Shown here piece after piece: positions 54,842-64,000 of a stretch of 64,000 nucleotides of DNA. The notes beneath the pieces are model-generated. The model did no database searches and was not told the origin of the DNA. It saw only the letters and a program-made list of their open reading frames with translations. How positions within the stretch are numbered: the stretch's first letter is position 1; every line of letters starts with the position of its first letter. Origin of the DNA: Octopus vulgaris (taxonomy: Eukaryota); assembly GCA_951406725.2 (NCBI GenBank), contig OX597826.1, positions 54,250,001-54,314,000 on the forward strand, written 5' to 3'. The translations under genes and the position numbers were made by a program.

Positions 54842-55095
54842 TTAATAAGAACGATGCTGCTGCTGCTGATGTTGATATCAAATACATGAACAAATGTATG
54901 TGTTAATATACATACATCCATGTGTATGTGTGTGTGCGTAAATATGCACGTCTGTATGTGTGTATGTATACGGATATATACCTACGTATGTATATATATA
55001 TATATGTTTCTATGTGCATATGTTTAAATATATCTTTATACATGTCTTTATATATACATCTGTGTGTATATGTGTGCTCCCTCGTTCTGTCTGTC

Positions 55096-55142
<47 letters not shown>

Positions 55143-55203
55143 TATGTGTATATGTCTTTTTACGTACGTATACACACTTACACACATCTATCTATCTATC
55201 TGC

Positions 55204-55291
<88 letters not shown>

Positions 55292-55985
55292 ATGTATGTA
55301 TAAATATATATAGATGTGTGCCATGAATGTACGTGGATGTGAGTATGAATACGTATACACTCTACGTCAGACATGTGACATCGTTCGCAACCACTATATG
55401 CCCCCAACCAACCCACAACCCGTCACCACCACAATATCTCGCAAAATTGTTTCTGACGCAAATGTCCTTTTTGAAAAACGAAAAAGAAAAAAGGAAAAAT
55501 ATTGATAATTTTTTTGTTTTTTCCTATTTCTCTTGAATTTTTTTCCTTCTTTACACCATCGCTCTTGTTTTTGTTATTGTAACAGTTGTTGTGCAGTTGT
55601 TATTGTTGCCGTCATCGTCGTTGTTGTCGTTGCATTTCAGCAGCTGATATTCTTGTCGTTGTTATTGTAGTTGTTGTTGGCGTTAATGTCGTTGCCCTCC
55701 GCCGTCGCCCCCGTCGTCGTCTTTGTCGTTGTGTAGAGTCGAAACAGTTTTCTACAAGACCCACCAGATACATTAAGTGTGACCTTTTTGAGAAATTTTT
55801 AGTGATTGAATTTTGTTTATTCTCTTCTACGTCATGTGACGTTATTGCTGATGTTCTTTAACAGCAAGTCAGCTTAGTTGAAGCATTTCTTTGATCAAAA
55901 TGGTTCTCCTGCCGTGCCAATCCCGTAAATTTTGCTTAACAAACTCAATGTGTCTAGAATCACATCACCCAATGAGTACTTTTCT

Positions 55986-56213
55986 TCAACCCTCTAGCAT
56001 TTAAACTGGCCATATGCGACCAAAATAATCTACTTGTTTTCTCTTCAAACTGACCAGATCATGCCTCTTACACCTAACCTAAAATGTCACTCAAAAAATA
56101 AACAATCACATCAATGAAATTTCAAAGCTACGAGATAATGCATGATTAATTTAAAACAATGTGAAGAAATAAGCATTATATTTGACAGAGTGATCTGAAC
56201 ACCAAGGGATTAA
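55986..56213. mobile_element. Possible decayed piggyBac-like MITE
   Basis: Ends TCAA-CCCTCTAGCATT...CACCAAGGGA-TTAA approximate TTAA-CCC...GGG-TTAA. Confidence 0.4.
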
Positions 56214-56694
56214 GTTGTTCAAATACTTCTTGAAGAAGATTTACTGCTATTTCTAGCTCTCGGAAGACTACATAAACGCACCCTTATTTGCTTATCATGA
56301 TACATAGTGGAGAATAGTAAAATGTTGCGTAGAGTGGAGTGGTGCAAAGTAGTGTGATGTGGCGTGGTGTAATATAGTGGAGTGTGGTTTAGTGTGGTGT
56401 TGTTCGAACTGTGTGTGGTATCATGTTAAGTGGTATAGTATGGTGTACCTACTGAATATACCCTGCGATGCACAAGCTATAATATACGAAGCTGAAGTTA
56501 CTTCTACCAACCCAAACTTTGAAATAGAACAATGAGGTATAATGGCTTCACGGAAGATAATTTAAACAACGTTATTACAAACCATTCTTCCTCGGAAATA
56601 CATTGATAAAGGAAATTCAAGAAAGTTGTAAAAATTATATCTGACAAAAGAAAACGGCATAGATTTCAACATATGCTGGTAGATATTAGATTCA

Positions 56695-56888
56695 AATTTT
56701 GGCACAAGGTCTGCATTTTCGGAGAGGGAGTAAGTCGATAAATCAACCCCAGTGCTCAGCTGGTACGATCAAGAAAGGATGAAAGGCGAAGTCAACCCCG
56801 GTGGTATTTGAACTCAAAGCGTAAAGTCGGAATAAATGCAGCTAAATATTTTTCCGGTCCGATAACGACTCTGCCACTCGCCGCCTTT
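56695..56888 (-). mobile_element. SINE family B, diverged
   Basis: GAAAGGATGAAAGGCGAAGTCAACC...CTCGCCGCCTT. Confidence 0.75.
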
Positions 56889-57586
56889 ATACCAGTGAAC
56901 ATTATAAGCAATATCGTTATGAAACCGTAAACTGCCGCGAAAGGCCTCATCCTCCAGAACATACACATATCTAGTAATTGCTTAAATCAGAGATAAATGT
57001 TTACATACAATGCAGACATTTCGAGAAACACCTTCTACAAGAATGACGGCCTTTACTGTCACCCAATTAAAAGATGCCATATGCAACATCCTATAAGAAC
57101 TCATGAACTTACGTATTACACAACATTTCAAATTTTGCTTTAGGGAATTGTATTTTGATGATTATATAATCTTATAAGTTCATATATTCGCATATAATTT
57201 TCCATATGTATACATATGCATATATGAATTTGTAAAGAAGACCCTAACCATTCAGTCACGAGCCTTTAACAAGCACACATACACATACACATATTTACTC
57301 GTAGGATCACGAGTTCCAGTCCCCATGACACGTTCTGTCTTTGATTAGGATGATTCATTTCCCGTCGTTCCAGTCACTCAGCTGGCATACATGAATAGCA
57401 CCTGTATTTCAAAGTGTACGTGTGTCTGTGGAGTACTCAGCCACTTGCATGTTAATTTCACGAGCAGGCTGTTCCGTCGATCGGAGCAACTGGAATACAC
57501 ACTGTCGTATCTGACGGAGTGTCTGATCATGTCTGTGTTTGTTAAGACGAGTTTCTGTGTGGGTATATATAGATCTACAAATAAAT

Positions 57587-57622
<36 letters not shown>

Positions 57623-57724
57623 TTATATATATATATGGTAGACTCTCCCGTCGAAGACGGCGTATGAGCATTCAGCTTTTTGCCGAACGACCAGCACAAA
57701 TGATTTGTTTATAGTAAGCTCACT

Positions 57725-57910
57725 CCCCCCATCAGATCGATGTTGCCTGAACAGGTGCACGGTGTGCCACGCGTCAGGTGTCGAAGTGATCGCTGAGCAA
57801 CTCGAGATGAAGGGTTTGGCTCAAGAACACAACGCACCACCCGACCTAGGAATTGAACTCACGATCGCTGAATCGCGGGTGCAACACCCTAACCACCAGA
57901 TCATGCGCTC
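57725..57910 (-). mobile_element. tRNA-derived SINE, family C-like
   Basis: GCTCAAGAACACAACGCACC...GGAATTGAACTC...CCCTAACCACCAGATCATGCGC. Confidence 0.7.
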
Positions 57911-58147
57911 TAACAGATATAGAACACACACACACACACATATGTACTTACCAATATGTCTCTCTAAGGGAAGTATGTACGCGCGCACGGGAATATATAA
58001 GCGTGTTTATATACTATGTGTATATGTCAACGTGGGCTTTCCAAATAAGGAATACAACCTCTGTATTTCTGCACTCTTATAATTTTGCAGCTATACACAT
58101 ACACATATATACACACATACATGCATACATACACTCATACATAAAAA

Positions 58148-58192
<45 letters not shown>

Positions 58193-58298
58193 ACAAACAT
58201 ATATATATATGAATATATATACATTTATATATGAGTATATATATATATATATATTTATATGCATACACATATATATGTATATATATGTATGTCGCTCT

Positions 58299-58352
<54 letters not shown>

Positions 58353-58937
58353 GTATGCATACGTATATATATGTATATAGTCTCATGCTAATAATCAATA
58401 TCAATACATTTCCATATAAACACCATTATTAACGAATCTATTAACATATTCAGATGGAAAAAAAAAACGTCTTCAAATTCACTTTTTATGTGTATAATTT
58501 ATTTATATAATTTCTTCGTTAATTAATTCCTACATTTATATTTTCATTATGCTTATTTCACTTAAACTAATTTCTTTAAAAACAAACATATACTTATCTA
58601 GACATCTAAAAAAATAATACAAGCAGTCGAAGCACACACCCATATACATACATTACATATATGTATATATATATATATATATATCAATATATATATATAT
58701 GTATCTGTGTATGGTTGTGTGTGTGTATGAATATCGTAGACTTCGTCTTAATTTCTATACGTGACTAATTCAGAATATTTAATTCAATTAATTTGTAAAT
58801 ATATATGAACATCTAATTAAAGCTTAAAAAAATAACACTTCACGCCATAAGAGTACATCTTACACTTGTTTATGTTAGCTTAATATATGAAACCCTATAC
58901 CCACTTATATGTACACGCATATGTATACATGCATGTG

Positions 58938-58985
<48 letters not shown>

Positions 58986-59119
58986 GACATATGTAAGTAT
59001 ATGCATATATATATAATATAATATAAATAACATACATACACACATATATATATATGCATACATACACATATATTTGTATATACATGCATACATAGGCACA
59101 TGATACCACATACACCTGT

Positions 59120-59590
59120 CTTACAGACATGTCTGAAATTCTAAAAGTAGATTGTATTTACCAGGCACTATATTACAGCTTATTGTTCTGAACAAATGAA
59201 TTTTGATAATAACGAAAATATTTGCTTATCTTATTGTTTCTCCGGAGAAATGTTTTGCCAATATATACATTCAGACAGACAGACAGACAGGCTGATAGAT
59301 GTTTACAGATACAAGCAATCAACGGAACTGTCAAAATATGCAAAGCTTTACCAAAGTTTTGTGTGTACTTGTCTAGACGGAGAATTATATTTGTACGTAT
59401 ATAGTTGCTTAAAAGAAAGCATAGAAACCTGTACCTGAACTGGCTGGAAATACTTGCACATATACACTCAGTCATGCATAAATAGTCTGTCGATGTTGTT
59501 AAAATTCCTTTGAAGGTGTCTGGGATTTAGGTTATAACCGGCGTTTCTCATTTGGACAAGAAATCCAGACATAAAACCAAATAACATCCC
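59120..59590 (+). mobile_element. Decayed 3' end of an RLE-type non-LTR element related to 44326-44695
   Basis: LQIQAINGTVKICKALPKF matches LQVQSVSGTVKICKTFLKF. Confidence 0.55.
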
Positions 59591-60154
59591 GGGTTGTCCG
59601 GAAAGTTCGTGCCGATTTATAGTAGCTTACCTTTCGACTTATTTTAGAACATCGTTGAGTCCATAAAATAGGATTTGTCTACACCTCCATTTAGAGCACA
59701 GTTTAAGTTATCTTTTCGTGAAAGAAGGTTTATGTTCCTATAACCTGTGTTAATTCTGTAACCCTTTAAAATGAAAGATAAGAAAGTTCATTTTCGGCAC
59801 TTGATGCTTTCGGAACCAGACAAAAATTGCTGCAGCTCGGCTGGGATGTGTTACCCCACCCTCCATATTCACCAGATATTGCCTCTTCGGATTTCCACTT
59901 ATTCAGGTCTCTGCAGAATAGTCTTAATGGTAATAATTTCAATTCCTTGGATGACGTAAAAAGACACCTTGATGAACTCTTTGCCATGAAACCACCTCAG
60001 TTCTGGAAAGAGGGTATTTTCAAGTTAAAGGAAAGATGGAGACGCATTGTGCAACAAAATGGTTCATATTTGGTTGATTAAAAATGTAATGGCAAATATT
60101 TATTGACCTTTTTCTTTCCTTTAAAAATCGGCACGAACTTTCCGGACACCCCAA
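59591..60154 (+). mobile_element. Internally deleted mariner element
   Basis: TIRs GGGTTGTCCGGAAAGTTCGTGCCGATTT / AAATCGGCACGAACTTTCCGGACACCCC, then AATA. N-terminus MKDKKVHFRHLML is joined to LGWDVLPHPPYSPDIASSDFHLFRSLQN (mariner YSPDLAPxD motif). Confidence 0.93.
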
Positions 60155-60164
60155 TACATACATT

Positions 60165-60241
<77 letters not shown>

Positions 60242-60490
60242 GACCCAAGTATTTTTTAAAGCCTGGTACTTATTCTATCGGTGGCATTTGCCCGACTGCT
60301 TAGTTACGGAGACGTAAACACAACAGTACCGGTTGTCAAGCGGCGGTGGGGGATAAACACACACACAGACACACAAAGACATATACACACTCCCACACAC
60401 ACACACACACAAACACGCAGACTCACATTCACACACACACACAAACACACACTCACACACACACTCACACACACACACAAACACACATTC

Positions 60491-60522
<32 letters not shown>

Positions 60523-60788
60523 ACACGCAAGGCGGTGAGCTGACAGAAACGTTAGCACGCCGGGCAAAAATAGTCCGAAACCGGACGGTCTGCTGGTCCT
60601 GTCAAGTCGCTAGAAGATGGCAGGGTTTCGCTCCCCTGCTTGCAATATATATCGAGTGCAGACTACCTCGATAAGCAGCTGGAGGGGGGCTTCCTATTTG
60701 TACGGAACGGCCACATTGAAGTTAACATTGAACATTATTTCTCACTATAGTCACTACTTTCATCTCTTATACAGATTTTCACACACAC

Positions 60789-61322
60789 ATCATCATCATC
60801 ATCATTGTTCGACCGTGGTCGAGACAATGAAATTTACCATGCTACGCCAGACTTCACGGTCCATCATAGCATTACGGAGGTCCTGTTGCTGGATGCCTGT
60901 ATCCCTGGAGATTAAATCAGGGTAGGAGAGTCTGCGCCCTCTGGTATTGAGAGTAGATGGCTTCCAGAGGAGAAGAGTAGAAATTACCTCTTTTTCAGCT
61001 CTACAACAATGTCCAGCAAACTGGACTCTCCTACCTTTCACAAGAGATGACACAGGTGGTAGTTTCCCATATATTTGCATTTTGGTTGGATGGCGCTTCC
61101 ACGAGAGATTTTGAGCTCTCATAAGGAGGCGAGAGTAAGTTCCATCCAACCGCCTCTCAAGCTTCTTTGATAACGTCCAGGTTTCTGAGCCATATAGTAG
61201 AATTGGTTCGACTGTGGCTTTGAAGATTTCAAGTTTGAAGTCTCTACTTAGATTTGATGACCAGATCTTATGCATGTCATTACAGGCTGACCAGGCCATA
61301 CCCTTTCTAGTAAGAAAATCTT
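60789..61322 (-). mobile_element. RTE-clade LINE 3' fragment with (TGA)n tail
   Basis: FKATVEPILLYGSETWTLSKKLERRLDGTY...FAGHCCR...MMDREVWRSMV*, followed directly by TGA repeats. Confidence 0.92.
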
Positions 61323-61792
61323 TCCCCCCCCACACACACACTCACATACACATATATATATGAAGAAAATGTCATCACCAAAAGATTATGATATATTTAT
61401 TGCCTTAAAAGTGGAGCTATATCGGTAATGTTGATTATTCGTCCGAGTTGGTCCGGACGGCTGACTACCCGACCGGTAGAGCAGTAAACCTATCTTGTTA
61501 TCTTGCAATGTCTGAGACGTGACAGTCAGCGAGCGGACTGGGGTAGAGGGCTTAGGAATCTAGTTGGTGGGTGGTTGAAACTGTAGTGACTAGGTAGGTG
61601 AGGGTATGTTAGAGAGAGATAGAGAAGAAGCTAGACGTACAAATTCCAATACACCTTGAATTAACTTAGGTGGTAAGGGGGGCTAAGGGAACTTTTGAAT
61701 AATCCTGTATTATCCCCAAACAAAACAACGGTCACGCTCGGAAAGGCTTTTACCATATTTCGGCTCGATCTGCGAAAGTAGAATGCTAACAA

Positions 61793-62020
61793 CAGCTGGC
61801 AGAAACGTTAGCACGCCGGGCGAAATACTGAGCGGTATTTCGTATGCCGCTACGTTCTGAGTCCAAATTCCGCCGAGGTCAACTTTGCCTTTCATCCTTT
61901 CGGGGTCGATTAAATAAGTACCAGTTACGCACTGGGGTCGATATAATCGACTTAATCCCTTTGTCTATCCTTGTTTGTCCCCTCTATGTTTAGCCCCTTG
62001 TGGGGCAATAAAGAAATAAG
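61793..62020 (+). mobile_element. SINE family B
   Basis: Head, body and AAAGAAATA tail. Confidence 0.9.
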
Positions 62021-62267
62021 GAACAACAGCACAAGCCAATAAAGGAGCTTCTACGTGGCCGTTCTATCTGTTAAAGATAGATGTTAAATATTCTTCAAAT
62101 TACGCTCCAATAACTTACAAAAGAGGTATGTTCGATAATGTGGTCATGAGTTTCCTACTTATGGGAACAAGATGGGATGGTCACAGCTAGAACGATTTAC
62201 TTATGAACCTGCACGCACAAGGTTGACCAGTGACTAAGCTACAACAACAACAACAACAGCAGCAGCA

Positions 62268-62470
62268 GTGGAGGCGCAATGACCCAGTGGTTAGGGCAGT
62301 GGACTCGCGGTTGTAAGAACGCAGTTTTGATTCCCAGACAGGGCATTGTGAGTGTTTATTGAGCAAAAACACCAAAGCTCCACGAGGCTCCGGCGGGGGG
62401 TGGGGTGAACCTCGCTGTACTCTTTCACCACAACTTTCTCTCACTCTTTCTTCCTACTTCTGCCACAAAG
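62268..62470 (+). mobile_element. tRNA-derived SINE, 5' part
   Basis: GGAGGCGCAATGACCCAGTGGTTAGGGCAG...GTTTTGATTCCC...TTGAGCAAAAACAC. Confidence 0.75.
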
Positions 62471-62745
62471 CAGAGGAACCATGGTGTAACCTACTATGGG
62501 GTGGTAAACTTTCAGACCCTAGTATAGATTGCGAATCACCTGTACCCCAGGATGGTTCAGCTCTCCACTCATTAAAAGCCACCGTTTACGGAATGAGGAT
62601 AACAACGTAGCCTTCGCGCCCGTGCAACCGCCAGTCTATCGCGTGTGGTAGGTGGATCTTCAAGTTGCCACACGCACTCTTAGTAGCTTAGAGTAGGCTC
62701 TAATTAGAGATTACTCTTTGTGGCTAATGGCGTGAGTCCTGATTG

Positions 62746-62845
62746 GAAGAAGAAGAAGAAGAAGAAGAAGAAGAAGAAGAAGAAGAAGAAGAAGAAGAAG
62801 AAGAAGAAGAAGAAGAAGAAGAAGAAGAAAAAGAAGAAGAAGAAA
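62746..62845. repeat. (GAA)n microsatellite
   Basis: Direct inspection. Confidence 0.97.
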
Positions 62846-63416
62846 ACAGCAGCAGCAACATCATGAACAACAACAATAATGAAATTTTCTCGATTATTCT
62901 TTCATTTAATTTCATGTGTGTATTTTGTAGAATTGCATGCAACCTTAGAAACTGATTGGACTAAACAGGGAAGTGCATAGAATGTAGAATAAATTCAATT
63001 TCCGGAAAGAGTGGAAAAGTTTAAAAGTTCGGGTTTCCTTCGGCGCCGCTTGCACATCATCAACAGAGAACAGAAGAAATCGAAGGAGTTAAGCACCTGA
63101 CCGAAATTAGAGGAAGTCGATGTCAAATGGAAGTGGTAAAAGTATTCTATGATAATAGAGAGGTCAATTAAAGGGAAGATAATAACGATTGTGTTGATCG
63201 CCGATGTGACATATATTATCTAAGGGAACAAAAACGAACATACATACATGGTCGTAGCGGCGAGCATAAATGCTAATATTTATACTTACACATTAACAAC
63301 GCAGGTACACAAGTTATCATACAGGCAAAAACATACACGTCTATCGAGGTTAAGAAGCAAAAGCACTGAAGATGTGCCGGGAAATGTGGACTGTACAGTC
63401 GTACTGGGGCTTCGAA

Positions 63417-63580
63417 TTAGAAGTGATTGAGGCAGATATTCATGCCATTAAGGCAGAGGTTCCTAAGATGGAAAATGAGTCGTTGTTCCTGAAGTTGTCT
63501 AGTCTTCCTATCGTCACCGTAACTGGAGTACCGCAGACAGAAAGATGGTGAAAGGAATGACTAGGTGATCTGAAGAGTCA
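63417..63580 (-). mobile_element. Highly decayed Penelope-like GIY-YIG C-terminus
   Basis: Minus-strand frames give HSFHHLSVCG and RKTRQLQEQRLIFHLRNLCLNGMNI, resembling the E-x-x-LIF-x-L-x-TL-x-P-x-GLN end of PLE ORFs. Confidence 0.5.
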
Positions 63581-63948
63581 AGTTATTATTACTGTGAGGA
63601 TACAAGAGGCATTGTTAAAAGATAAATATTCTATAACGAATATATTTTAAAAGTTAGTTTTGCTACTATTTGATAAAACAGTATTATGCCCAACATTTTT
63701 AAGCATTGGCTCGTCCATAAATATGGACGAGCCAATAAAGGAACCTCTATGTGGTAGCTCGACATGTTAGAATTAGCAACTAAATCTTATTCAAACAATA
63801 TCCTGCTATTTTAAAAGAAAGAAGGTTATATTAAATAAAGTGGCCCAAGGCACACTATTTTTTAAGATAAAGGGCGGAGTGATTACGGATGGAACGCCTT
63901 CGATCAGAGTTGTACTGGAGCTAGAGAATAACAATATCATTATAAAAC

Positions 63949-64000
63949 AGGCATGGCTGTGTGGTTGTGTGGTTAAGAAGCTCGCTTTGCAACCAGGTGG
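63949..64000 (+). mobile_element. SINE family A head, truncated by the window end
   Basis: AGGCATGGCTGTGTGG...TAAGAAGCTCGCTTTGCAACCA. Confidence 0.65.

Noticed and set aside
63028-63068. Possible minus-strand HHR (TTGATGA...GAAAC) downstream of the decayed PLE end
   Set aside because: C3 is mutated, and there is no NUH triplet or stem I.

Overview
Repeat-saturated, AT-rich animal DNA. The SINE families and the (TA)n/(CA)n/(CATA)n/(TAGA)n density look like a coleoid cephalopod (Octopus-like) genome; this is inferred from recognition, not from a search. No intact host gene is identifiable, and nearly all listed ORFs are microsatellite translations. Contents: a near-perfect 305-bp satellite array (1-8150); decayed retroelements (Penelope-like RT+GIY-YIG, R4/Dong-like RLE, RTE); a Helitron PIF1-helicase relic; four Tc1/mariner relics, one carrying an in-frame 18-bp minisatellite; and many tRNA-derived SINEs. 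The most notable signal is a set of small non-coding elements carrying hammerhead-ribozyme (HHR) motifs from several unrelated families. They include a 360-nt retrozyme-like unit whose two ends pair into a long rod if circularised (9293-9812), a tRNA-headed HHR element whose inverted arm starts at the predicted cleavage site (15703-16127), and minimal dimer-type HHRs, two with a non-canonical CUGUnGA core. All RNA folds were paired by eye and need computational and biochemical confirmation.
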